Positions 43,237 to 51,784 of a stretch of DNA of 58,582 nt are shown one piece after another. Every line of letters starts with the position of its first letter. Position 1 is the first letter of the stretch. The position numbers and the translations under genes were made by a program. Below the pieces are notes generated by a model. The model saw only the letters and a list, made by a program, of their open reading frames with translations. It did not search any database and had not been told where the DNA came from. Location: assembly GCA_040386515.1 (NCBI GenBank), contig JAZKFG010000002.1, forward strand, positions 191,716-250,297. Reading direction: 5' to 3'. Source of the DNA: Patescibacteria group bacterium. Lineage in GTDB: Bacteria > Patescibacteriota > Minisyncoccia > Phycocordibacterales > CAIZLB01.

Positions 43237-43725
43237 ATGCAATATTTTGCACTGTACATAGTATTATTAGTTTTTATTCTGCTTTCATTTCTCCGAGGAA
43301 AGCATGTGCTGTTCAATATTATTCTCATGGTTTATCCGACAATTGTTATATACAATGCAATTTTGGATACGGCAGGCAGTGATTTTTTAAATAAAATGAA
43401 TTTCGGAGTAAGTCCATTTACAATGCACGCAATATTATTTGGGCTTGTATTAATTCCTGTGTATATTTCTATGATTCGTATTGTTGATGAATTTAGATTG
43501 CATCACAATATAAAAGGGGCAGCAGAGTCTATTTTGTTGTCACTTGGTATTGTGCTGCTTACTATTGGAGTATGTTTCCATGTATTGCCAGACAAAGATG
43601 TATTTAATCTCGGAAAGCCTATTGAAGTATTTTTCCAGACAGACTTGGGGTATTTGGTGTGTATGGTTATGCCTATGATATCAGTCTTTATTTTATCTAA
43701 GAAAAAGCTTGATTCATTTCACTAA
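43237..43725 (+). CDS. Hypothetical polytopic membrane protein
   Basis: The track starts at 43165. I prefer the ATG at 43237 because TGcTACAAT (43222-43230) ends exactly 7 nt before it. Five TM segments. Confidence 0.4.
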   Translation: MQYFALYIVLLVFILLSFLRGKHVLFNIILMVYPTIVIYNAILDTAGSDFLNKMNFGVSPFTMHAILFGLVLIPVYISMIRIVDEFRLHHNIKGAAESILLSLGIVLLTIGVCFHVLPDKDVFNLGKPIEVFFQTDLGYLVCMVMPMISVFILSKKKLDSFH

Positions 43726-43799
43726 AAATGAAAAAAGGTAGGTTTTGCAGAGTTTTTCAGACATTTGCTTAGTTTAGAAAAATGTAGTATAATAAAAAT

Positions 43800-44537
43800 A
43801 TGAGTATAGGAAGTCAAAGAAATGACAACATAGAAAAGTTTCAGATAATTTTACAAAGTTTGATTCAATTCGCGACCCTATTATTTTTCAAGATATTTTT
43901 TACGCTTAAAATAGAAGGGGGTGAAGAGGTTCTTAAAGAGTTGATTGAAGCACGAAAAAAAGATAAAGGATTATTATTTGCACCAAATCACATCAGTGAA
44001 TGGGATGCTATTATTGTTCGATGTGCATTGCCTATAAAAGCGTTTGCATTTCCTCTGTATTATGTTGCAATGACTAAGGATCATTATCAATATGAAAAGT
44101 TTGGTTGGAGAAGATATTTTTACGGAGGCAACTTGTTTAAAGTGCTCGGAGCATATCCTGCATATCTTGGAATGCGTGACTATCATGCGTCATTGGTCAA
44201 TCATATTGAATTGCTTGAGTATGGAAAGTCTGTGTGTATTTTTCCTGAAGGGAAAATCAGTGTCGATACATCAAAGCCAGGCGAAGCTAAGGGTGGTATT
44301 GGATTTTTAGCTGAATATACACAAACTGATATTGTACCTGTTACGCTTAAGGGATTTGAACGACTGTCTTGGGTCAAAGGGATTTTCGGCAAAAAACCAG
44401 TAGTTACTGTTGTATATCATCAGGTTCTGCGAATCTCTAATATTTTAGAAACAGCTAAAAAGCAGGGTGTTGCAGAGGGGATTGAGACAAATAAGTTTGT
44501 TAGTAATTTTATTATGGATATTGTAAGGAAAGCTTAA
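43800..44537 (+). CDS. plsC: 1-acyl-sn-glycerol-3-phosphate acyltransferase-like (PlsC family)
   Basis: 245 aa. NHISEWD (HX4D) and FPEGKIS motifs. TATAAT at 43788-43793 ends 7 nt before the ATG. Confidence 0.8.
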   Translation: MSIGSQRNDNIEKFQIILQSLIQFATLLFFKIFFTLKIEGGEEVLKELIEARKKDKGLLFAPNHISEWDAIIVRCALPIKAFAFPLYYVAMTKDHYQYEKFGWRRYFYGGNLFKVLGAYPAYLGMRDYHASLVNHIELLEYGKSVCIFPEGKISVDTSKPGEAKGGIGFLAEYTQTDIVPVTLKGFERLSWVKGIFGKKPVVTVVYHQVLRISNILETAKKQGVAEGIETNKFVSNFIMDIVRKA

Positions 44538-44573
44538 GTTGTTTTGTAAGTTACAGGGCAGTATACTTAGTAT

Positions 44574-44855
44574 ATGGCTTTAGAATTAGATGACAGCAAT
44601 AATTTACAAATAAACCGTTTTAAATCTCGAGTGGTTCTAGGACAGCCAGAACATCCAAAGGTTTTGGATTTTATTCTTAAGACTGGAATTGTAAAGACAG
44701 AAAAATCTGCACTGACAATACTGATTCTATTGACTGTACTTATTTTTGGTATATCGATATACATATTCGCAACAGGTGCAACTTCGGAGACAATAGTTGC
44801 ACCTCAAATTACATATCCTGATGGAAGTAAATCTCCAGATTTAACTAATAGATAA
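44574..44855 (+). CDS. Small hypothetical membrane protein upstream of a pilin gene
   Basis: 93 aa with a single TM helix. TATACT at 44562-44567 ends 7 nt before the ATG. Confidence 0.35.
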   Translation: MALELDDSNNLQINRFKSRVVLGQPEHPKVLDFILKTGIVKTEKSALTILILLTVLIFGISIYIFATGATSETIVAPQITYPDGSKSPDLTNR

Positions 44856-44860
44856 CGTAT

Positions 44861-45385
44861 ATGAAATCATTCTCTACTAAAAAAGGATTTACACTTATCG
44901 AATTACTTGTGGTTGTGGCAATTATTAGTTTGCTTACATCAATTGTACTGGCAAGCTTGAAGACAGCAAAGGATAAAGCAACTATTGCCAAAACTCTTCA
45001 GGAGGTTCAATCGTTCAAAAAGGGAATGGAATTGTATAGAACGAATAATGGAGCTTATTATGCAAATGGAAGTGGATATGTTCCATATTACAATGCTCCT
45101 GCAGTTGGAGGTGATGGAGGCTTGTGGAATCCTTTCATGGCTGCTGTAAAGTCTTCAGTTGATGTAAGCAAACTCGAATTCTTTTCAACACTTGCATATA
45201 ATGCCCATTATATTAATGGGGCATGGGCAGTGGCAAATAATGCATATGCGATATGCGGCGGAGTTACTGTTAAACCAGATGGGTATCTTGTATTCTTCCT
45301 TAATCCTCTTGTAGCAAGTAACTTCAAGACTGAAGTCGGTAGTACTTTAACAACCGGAGGCTGGAGTTGTTTTTTGAATGAATAA
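44861..45385 (+). CDS. Type IV pilin / pseudopilin-like protein
   Basis: Prepilin motif KKGFTLIELLVVVAIISLLTSIVLASL. Confidence 0.8.
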   Translation: MKSFSTKKGFTLIELLVVVAIISLLTSIVLASLKTAKDKATIAKTLQEVQSFKKGMELYRTNNGAYYANGSGYVPYYNAPAVGGDGGLWNPFMAAVKSSVDVSKLEFFSTLAYNAHYINGAWAVANNAYAICGGVTVKPDGYLVFFLNPLVASNFKTEVGSTLTTGGWSCFLNE

Positions 45386-45446
45386 AATTTTAAAACCCTT
45401 CTGCAACAGTCCATCACTAATGTTGCCTCGGGGTTTTAAAATTTTT
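45384..45446 (+). terminator. Long-loop hairpin terminator
   Basis: AAAATTTTAAAACCC (45384-45398) pairs with GGGTTTTAAAATTTT (45431-45445); the loop is ~32 nt. Confidence 0.55.
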
Positions 45447-45492
45447 CATAGGGGCATTGCAAAAAATGGTGCTAAAGGTATAATAATGCCTT

Positions 45493-46005
45493 ATGTCATA
45501 TGTATTTTTTGATTTGGATAAAACACTTATTCGAGCTCAAAGTCAGAGATTACTCATTCAGGTATTGTACAAAAGAAAGCTAATCTCATTCAGAACAGTG
45601 TGGAGATTGAGATTTTTTTTCCTATCATACAAACTCCATTTGGTCTCTCAAAATCGTATGGAAGTACTATTTGAAAAGGCTGCAGAACTTTTTAAAGGGG
45701 TTGATGTAGAGCAAATGCGTAAGGTTACACATGCATTTGTGTTCGCTGAATTTGCAGACATATTAAACTTTAAGGCAGTAGAAGAATTGGAAAAGCATAT
45801 CTCAGCAGGTAAGCAGGTTGTACTTACAAGTGGAAAGGATAAAGTCACGCATTTAGCAAAGTACGATTTTACGGGCTCATTCGCATATTCTGACCATCAT
45901 TCTGATTTGCCACTTTTAATAAAAGCAACGTATAGATACGCTGTGTCTCCTACACGACAGTTGAGGGATTATGCTAAATCACATGGTTGGTTTATTTTAG
46001 AATAA
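45493..46005 (+). CDS. HAD-IB-like hydrolase, short and possibly degenerate
   Basis: Motif I FFDLDKTL and C-terminal YSDHHSDLPLL...AVSP. The region between motif II and the Lys motif looks compressed; 170 aa in total. Confidence 0.5.
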   Translation: MSYVFFDLDKTLIRAQSQRLLIQVLYKRKLISFRTVWRLRFFFLSYKLHLVSQNRMEVLFEKAAELFKGVDVEQMRKVTHAFVFAEFADILNFKAVEELEKHISAGKQVVLTSGKDKVTHLAKYDFTGSFAYSDHHSDLPLLIKATYRYAVSPTRQLRDYAKSHGWFILE

Positions 46006-46021
46006 TTTTTTGCAGAGTACG

Positions 46022-46042
46022 CATACGTCGCAGCCAAGCATG
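46022..46042 (-). repeat. 21-nt repeat (copy 2, reverse complement of 29957-29977)
   Basis: CATACGTCGCAGCCAAGCATG on the plus strand, embedded in a hairpin closed by GCAGAG (46012-46017) and CTCTGC (46047-46052). Confidence 0.85.
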
Positions 46043-46090
46043 CTTCCTCTGCGAAAAATTATCAAGCACTATACTCTGGAGTACTATTTG

Positions 46091-46154
46091 AAAAAATACA
46101 AAAGTAAAAAGCTAACTTCGTGATGGACGGTTAGCTTTTTACTTTTGTATTTTT
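46091..46154. terminator. Bidirectional terminator with ~25-bp perfect stem
   Basis: AAAAAATACAAAAGTAAAAAGCTAAC (46091-46116), 13-nt loop, GTTAGCTTTTTACTTTTGTATTTTT (46130-46154). Abuts the efp stop. Confidence 0.85.
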
Positions 46155-46155
46155 A

Positions 46156-46734
46156 TTACTTCGCAACTGAAACTCGTTCCGCGTATTCTCCTGTATCAGT
46201 ATTCACTCGAATGATGTCGCCAGGGCCGATGAACATTGGTGCTTGAATCTCTGCTCCAGTCTCAAGTGTAACAATTTTGTTACCACCTTTGGCTGTATCA
46301 CCCCGAACTGTTGGTGGAGCCTCAGTTACTTCAAGGTCAATTTTCACAGGAAGCTTTACTCCAATAGGAAGTTCTCCAAAGTATTTAACATCGATAATTG
46401 CATTTGCTTTCAAAAACTTTCGACTGTCTCCGATCAATGTGTCATCTAGCTTAAATCGCTTTGACGGCTCATTTTCAGGACAGAACCACCATTCTCCTTT
46501 ATTGTTGAACAAGTACTTAACTTTACTTGTTTCAAGTTCTGCTTCCTCTGCCTTTTCTGTCGCCTGGAAAGAGTGCTCAATAGTTCTACCACTTATAAGG
46601 TTACGCATTTTTACAGCGTTAACCGGCTTTCGCATTTGTTTTCGAAAAATATGGTGATCTAAGATCTCATATGGTTCTCCTTCAAATATAATTGTTTTTC
46701 GTGTGACTATGTCACTGTATTCTATTATTGCCAT
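46156..46734 (-). CDS. efp: Elongation factor P (non-canonical loop I)
   Basis: 192 aa. GEPYEIL... and C-terminal GDTAKGGNK...TGAEIQAPMFI...DTGEYAERV match EF-P. TATAGT (minus, 46741-46746) ends 7 nt before the ATG. Confidence 0.9.
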   Translation of the reverse strand: MAIIEYSDIVTRKTIIFEGEPYEILDHHIFRKQMRKPVNAVKMRNLISGRTIEHSFQATEKAEEAELETSKVKYLFNNKGEWWFCPENEPSKRFKLDDTLIGDSRKFLKANAIIDVKYFGELPIGVKLPVKIDLEVTEAPPTVRGDTAKGGNKIVTLETGAEIQAPMFIGPGDIIRVNTDTGEYAERVSVAK

Positions 46735-46792
46735 TCGTGTACTATAACGGTTTATAGAATGTTTAGCAAGGATGTGGTACCATTCGACCTAT

Positions 46793-48061
46793 ATGCGGCA
46801 TAGTAATATATTTACAAAAACCAGAAAGGAATATCCAAGTGATGAAGCGGCAAAAAACGCCCAAATCCTAATCCAGGCTGGCTATATCTACAAAGAAATG
46901 GCAGGAGTATACGCCTACATGCCTTTTGGGTTAATGGTTGTTGAAAATATAAAAAGAATAGCTCGGGAAGAAATGAATGCTGAAGGCGGACAGGAAATTA
47001 TTATGACGGCTCTTCAAAAAAAAGAAACATGGGAAAAGACAGATAGATGGAGTGATGAGCATGTTGATATTTGGTTTAAAAGTAAATTAGCTAATGGAAC
47101 AGATATTGGTTTTGGTTGGTCACATGAAGAACCGATTACTGAAATGATGACGCATTCAATTCACAGCTATAAAGATCTTCCAATTTACGTATATCAATTC
47201 CAAACAAAGCTTCGAAATGAGCTTCGGGCAAAGAGTGGTATTATGCGTGGACGAGAGTTTGTCATGAAGGATTTATATTCATATAGTACGTCAGATGATA
47301 TGCATACAGAATTTTACAATAAGATGGCTGATGCATATATGCGATTTTATGATCGAGTTGGATTAGGTTCTGATACGTTTATGACAGTAGCGACAGGTGG
47401 AGCATTTACAAAAAATGTAAGCCATGAGTTTCAGACAATTTCTGATGCAGGCGAGGATATTATATATATAGATAGAAATACAAAAGAGGCGTACAATGTG
47501 GAGGCTTTAGAAGATATGGAAAATAAAGAAGAACTTATGCAATCTCTTGAAAAAGTAAAAGCTGCAGAAGTTGGAAATATTTTTAGTTTTGGCGGAGAGA
47601 AATCGGAAAAAATGGGATTATTTTTTATGGATGCAGATGGAAGTAAAAAGCCAGTTATTCTCGGTTCTTATGGAATTGGTATTACTCGTGTAATGGGAGT
47701 AATTGTAGAAAAATATGCTGACGACAAAGGATTGGTGTGGCCAAAAGCTGTAGCCCCATATGAAATTGAAATCGTGTCTTTATTTAAAGAAAAAGATGAC
47801 ATGGTATATAAAGTCGGTGAAGAAATATATGCGAGCTTAGTGAGTGAATATTCTTGTCTTATTGATGACAGACAAATGAGCATTAGAGATAAAATGGCTG
47901 ATGCAGATATGTTAGGTATGCCCGTACAGATTATTATTGGTCCAAAAACATTAGAGAAGGGAATGGTTGAGGTTAAGATGAGAAAGACTAATGAGAGTGC
48001 TGAGATTAAGATCGGAGAGGTTGTGGATTATATTGGTGAGGTTTGGAATGATGTGTTTTAG
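46793..48061 (+). CDS. proS: Prolyl-tRNA synthetase, minimal form without INS editing domain
   Basis: Trimmed to MRHSNIFTKTRKEYPSDEAAKNAQILIQAGYI, which aligns with the E. coli ProRS N-terminus as I recall it. Class II motifs are present. 422 aa. Confidence 0.9.
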   Translation: MRHSNIFTKTRKEYPSDEAAKNAQILIQAGYIYKEMAGVYAYMPFGLMVVENIKRIAREEMNAEGGQEIIMTALQKKETWEKTDRWSDEHVDIWFKSKLANGTDIGFGWSHEEPITEMMTHSIHSYKDLPIYVYQFQTKLRNELRAKSGIMRGREFVMKDLYSYSTSDDMHTEFYNKMADAYMRFYDRVGLGSDTFMTVATGGAFTKNVSHEFQTISDAGEDIIYIDRNTKEAYNVEALEDMENKEELMQSLEKVKAAEVGNIFSFGGEKSEKMGLFFMDADGSKKPVILGSYGIGITRVMGVIVEKYADDKGLVWPKAVAPYEIEIVSLFKEKDDMVYKVGEEIYASLVSEYSCLIDDRQMSIRDKMADADMLGMPVQIIIGPKTLEKGMVEVKMRKTNESAEIKIGEVVDYIGEVWNDVF

Positions 48062-48063
48062 TA

Positions 48064-48504
48064 TTATTCCTTATGATATGGATGATTATTTAAAATAGTA
48101 AATGCTCTATACACCTGCTCGCACACAAGCATAGTTGTCATTTCATGCGGGAATGTCATGGCTGAGATCGAAAGCTTTTGATCTGCGGTTTTTAATTCTT
48201 CAACACTAAATCCTGCACTTGGTCCTATAACAAAAATAATATGACTTGAAAGGTGAGATTGAATATGCTCAATCTGTTTTGCAAATTGATCTGATGAATA
48301 TGTTTTGCCTTCTTCATCAAGGGCAAAAATATATGCTGAAGAATATGCCTTTTTTATTTCAGCAATGTGATTAAATCTTTTTTCTTCTTTAATATCGAGA
48401 ATCTGTACTTTGGCAAATCGAGATAAACGTTTTTGATATTCTGCGATCAGAGGGAGTATGGTTTTGTTCTTTACTCCGGAAATGGTGACTAAGGTGATGT
48501 TCAT
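48064..48504 (-). CDS. rlmH: 23S rRNA (pseudouridine1915-N3)-methyltransferase RlmH (SPOUT)
   Basis: 146 aa. IIFVIGPSAGFS...LSISAMTFPHEM matches RlmH. TGcTACACT (minus, 48512-48520) ends 8 nt before the ATG. Confidence 0.88.
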   Translation of the reverse strand: MNITLVTISGVKNKTILPLIAEYQKRLSRFAKVQILDIKEEKRFNHIAEIKKAYSSAYIFALDEEGKTYSSDQFAKQIEHIQSHLSSHIIFVIGPSAGFSVEELKTADQKLSISAMTFPHEMTTMLVCEQVYRAFTILNNHPYHKE

Positions 48505-48534
48505 ATTTGGTAGTGTAGCATGGCAGTATGTAAA

Positions 48535-48570
48535 TAAAAAAACCTCCCGAGCACGTAAGTGCCCGAGAGG
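48535..48570 (-). terminator. GC-rich rho-independent terminator
   Basis: Minus strand: CCTCTCGGGCAC-TTAC-GTGCTCGGGAGG followed by T8. Confidence 0.85.
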
Positions 48571-48592
48571 CCGAAGATTGAAACAGGTGAGT

Positions 48593-49294
48593 TCAGAACT
48601 CGAAGGACATGTCTTTTAGTCTGGAAATGACATTGTCAATCCTCTGCAGGGGAGCGAGATGTCCGCCTCCGCAAGAGATGCAGGCAAAACTGCGCCGAGT
48701 ATTTCCCGACACATTGATGCCTTTCCCTCCAACCATTCTGTCATCTGGACTCGTCACAACTGCAACCTTTATTCCATCTGGGATGAAGAAAAGTTCCGGC
48801 TTCGCGAACTGACGCATGGTCATTTCGCGAGCAAAGCGTCCGCTGTCTGGTTTAAGGTTTGTCATAACTTCATCCACTTTCTCTTCGGAAACCGAGAGGA
48901 GATTTTTGACATCACTGCGGGAAAGCATGAAATGCTTGCCGGTGAACATTTTCCACAGATATTTTCCCATGGCCCAGAATACCGGATCTTTGCGTCCGAA
49001 CTTCTTGCCTTTAGGTGGCGGTGGGCTCATCAATACTATCTTGGAAATTTTCATTTCCTTGGGGAGGGTTTTAAGAACCTCCTCAATGATTGTGCAGCCA
49101 GCACTGTGACCGACTAGAGTTGTGATTTCTGGATGACGGATAAGATATCCGATCACCGCCTTGGCACGCGTTTCGACGCTGCCGAGACTGGACATGTCGT
49201 CCATCATCGCAAAGATTTCACTAAGACGTTGTCCAAGTTTTCCAGCAGGGTTAAACCACATGCCGGGAACGAAGAGAGAAGTATTTTTCATCAA
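48593..49294 (-). CDS. Alpha/beta-fold hydrolase (serine esterase/lipase-like), GC-rich
   Basis: 233 aa. Nucleophile elbow LVGHSAGC and a candidate His in GGGHLAP. About 50% GC, with long shadow ORFs on the opposite strand. TGA stop. Confidence 0.7.
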   Translation of the reverse strand: MMKNTSLFVPGMWFNPAGKLGQRLSEIFAMMDDMSSLGSVETRAKAVIGYLIRHPEITTLVGHSAGCTIIEEVLKTLPKEMKISKIVLMSPPPPKGKKFGRKDPVFWAMGKYLWKMFTGKHFMLSRSDVKNLLSVSEEKVDEVMTNLKPDSGRFAREMTMRQFAKPELFFIPDGIKVAVVTSPDDRMVGGKGINVSGNTRRSFACISCGGGHLAPLQRIDNVISRLKDMSFEF

Positions 49295-49462
49295 TTTTAA
49301 TCTATTGTGCAGCTTCCTATAATAGCTGTGGGTGTAAGGAGCGTTTGATTTTCATCAGGGTATAGGGTACCTGTTCATGTTGCATTATACCATAGAACTA
49401 GGTAAAAATCAATATCACCAAATAAGCCCTAAATACATGAATATTTCATGTATAATAGAACC

Positions 49463-50122
49463 ATGCAATCACACAGTACTCTGACTACATACACATACAA
49501 GGCAATCAGATCTATTTTAGGACCAATAATACGAACAATTTGGGTTAAGTCACATACTAATATTCATCATATTAAGACTCATAAAAAAGCAGCAATTGTA
49601 GCAGCTAATCATCAAAGTTTTTTTGACTTCTTATGTCTTGTCTCAGTCTCTGGAAGAAATATTCATTTCCTCTCAGCAGAAAAATTCTTCAAACGCGGAT
49701 TATGGAAACCGCTTATGGTTGGAACTGGGCAGATCAAAGTTGAGAGAAATGCAACAGATAAATCTGTTGTGCATTCACGGGTTAAGACTCATATTTTAAA
49801 AAATGATTTAGTTGGAATTTTTCCTGAAGGAACTCGAGCTCCATCAGAAACAGAAATGTTAAAAGCATACACAGGTGTCGCTCGGTATGCACTTGAACAT
49901 AACGTACCGGTTATTCCAGTAGGCATCAAAGGAACTCATGCCATACATAATAGAGAAAGTAAGAAAATGCTTTTTAAAAAGAATGTAGAAATTGTAGTGG
50001 GTGAGCCGATGATATTTTCATATCCAGAAGGTAGCTCGACTAATCCTGAAATACTTGAAGCGGTGACCAGAACTATTATGGACGAAATCGCGCATCTCTC
50101 TGGAAAAGTTTATCCTCATTAA
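49463..50122 (+). CDS. PlsC-family acyltransferase (second copy)
   Basis: ANHQSFFDF (HX4D) and FPEGTRA. Start moved from 49448 to the ATG at 49463, because TATAAT (49451-49456) ends 7 nt before it and overlaps the earlier ATG. Confidence 0.8.
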   Translation: MQSHSTLTTYTYKAIRSILGPIIRTIWVKSHTNIHHIKTHKKAAIVAANHQSFFDFLCLVSVSGRNIHFLSAEKFFKRGLWKPLMVGTGQIKVERNATDKSVVHSRVKTHILKNDLVGIFPEGTRAPSETEMLKAYTGVARYALEHNVPVIPVGIKGTHAIHNRESKKMLFKKNVEIVVGEPMIFSYPEGSSTNPEILEAVTRTIMDEIAHLSGKVYPH

Positions 50123-50147
50123 AAATATAGTGTGATACAATCATTCT

Positions 50148-51740
50148 ATGTCAGCCTTTAGTCTGTCCAGTCTTATACTTGGTCTTACGACAATACTTTT
50201 TAGTGTTATTGCATATCAATCAGATAGAGAAAATGAAGTAAACCGTTATTGGTTTTATTTTTCTATTCCTTTCGCAACGTGGAGTTTGGCATTATATTTT
50301 TTAACGAGCGCAACTAATATAACCCGAGCACTTGAATGGCAATACGTTCTTGATCTCGCTGCAGTGTGGATTCCTTCTGCCTATTTTGCATTCATTGCTA
50401 AATTGCTTAGATATAAAAAGTCATATACAAAAAATGCACTATATGTAATCAGTTTGGCATTTTCAATATTTAGCTTCACTCATTATTTTAAAGAGGGAAT
50501 GATTCAGAAATTTGACTTCTTTTGGATTAATCCAGGAAAGTTTTACATTTTATTTCCAATATTTTTTGGTGCAGTAGTTCTTCTGAGTGTTGTGCATATT
50601 TTATTTGCATTAAAGAAAATAGAGCAAGGAAGTACATATAGATCGCAGCTTAAAAATACACTCATCGTTTGCTTGATTGGATTCTTGGCTGGAGGAACAA
50701 ACTTTTTCCCACAATTCTTTAACATTTATCCTTTTGGAAACTATATTGTAATACTGTATATCATTGTGATGGTGTACGGTGTTATTCGGTATAAGGTTTT
50801 AAGTACCAAAGTGTTGGCAGCTCAAATCTTTGCTTCTGCATTGGTATTGGTTTCAATTGTAGAAATTATTTTAGCGACAGGCGCAAAACAGATTTTATAT
50901 AAAATTGTTGTCTTTCTGATTATATCATTCTTTAGTTGGCTATTTATAAAAAGTGTAAAAACTGAGGTTCGTATTAAAGATGAGCTAGAAAAATCAGCTG
51001 TTCAGCTCACAAAGAAAAACGCCGAGCTCCACCGTATATCAGAAGAGAAAACTGAATTCGTTTCTCTCGCATCGCATCAGATTCGCGGACCACTCACATC
51101 AATCAAAGGCTACATTTCACTTTTGCGTGATGAAGATCTTGGTCCTGTTACTCCCGAAGCTAAAGAAGCTTTAACTATCATGGAACTTTCATGTACAACT
51201 CTTGCAACAGTGGTAAATGATTATCTCGACATCACTCGTATTGAGCAGGGAAGAATGCATTATGATTTTGCAAATGTAGATGTACGAGCGTTGCTCAAAG
51301 AATGTATGACTGAGTTGCAACCTTCATTTGAAAGAGCAAAAATTCAGTGCATTGATAATGTGCCAAAAGGTGATCAGGGAACTGCCTTCAATGTTCGAGC
51401 TGATAGAACAAAACTAAAGCAGGTAATAATGAATCTTATTGATAACTCTATAAAATACACTCCGCATGGTGGTGTTGCTATTACGGTCTTTAAGAAAAAT
51501 GATGGAATGGTTAGAATTGAAATTCATGATACCGGAGTTGGAATTGCACCTGAAGTTATGCCAAAACTCTTTATGAAGTTTTCACGAGCTCCTGATGCAA
51601 GTGAAGCTAATATTATGGGAACAGGACTTGGATTATTCATTGCCAAAGTATTTATTGAAGCGCATGAAGGTCATGTATGGGCGGAGTCAGAAGGAGTTGG
51701 CAAGGGTTCTACATTTATTATTGAGCTTAAGGGAATGTAA
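50148..51740 (+). CDS. Sensor histidine kinase with N-terminal 7TM-type membrane domain (orphan)
   Basis: 530 aa with about 7 TM segments and a coiled linker. H-box FVSLASHQIRGPLTSI, N-box LIDNSIKYT, G-boxes DTGVGI and GTGLGL. TGaTACAAT at 50133-50141 ends 7 nt before the ATG. Confidence 0.88.
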   Translation: MSAFSLSSLILGLTTILFSVIAYQSDRENEVNRYWFYFSIPFATWSLALYFLTSATNITRALEWQYVLDLAAVWIPSAYFAFIAKLLRYKKSYTKNALYVISLAFSIFSFTHYFKEGMIQKFDFFWINPGKFYILFPIFFGAVVLLSVVHILFALKKIEQGSTYRSQLKNTLIVCLIGFLAGGTNFFPQFFNIYPFGNYIVILYIIVMVYGVIRYKVLSTKVLAAQIFASALVLVSIVEIILATGAKQILYKIVVFLIISFFSWLFIKSVKTEVRIKDELEKSAVQLTKKNAELHRISEEKTEFVSLASHQIRGPLTSIKGYISLLRDEDLGPVTPEAKEALTIMELSCTTLATVVNDYLDITRIEQGRMHYDFANVDVRALLKECMTELQPSFERAKIQCIDNVPKGDQGTAFNVRADRTKLKQVIMNLIDNSIKYTPHGGVAITVFKKNDGMVRIEIHDTGVGIAPEVMPKLFMKFSRAPDASEANIMGTGLGLFIAKVFIEAHEGHVWAESEGVGKGSTFIIELKGM

Positions 51741-51784
51741 TTCGCCTCTCAACAAGCCTTAAAACCTATGCTATAATCCACTTC

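Noticed and set aside
48609-49117. Three plus-strand ORFs (67-152 aa) opposite the alpha/beta hydrolase. Similar antisense ORFs occur at 37135-37414, 24669-25019, 159-629, 46277-46657 and elsewhere.
   Set aside because: These are shadow ORFs. They lie entirely antisense to genes with clear homology and have low-complexity or odd composition. They are most frequent where GC is high, because stop codons are rarer there.
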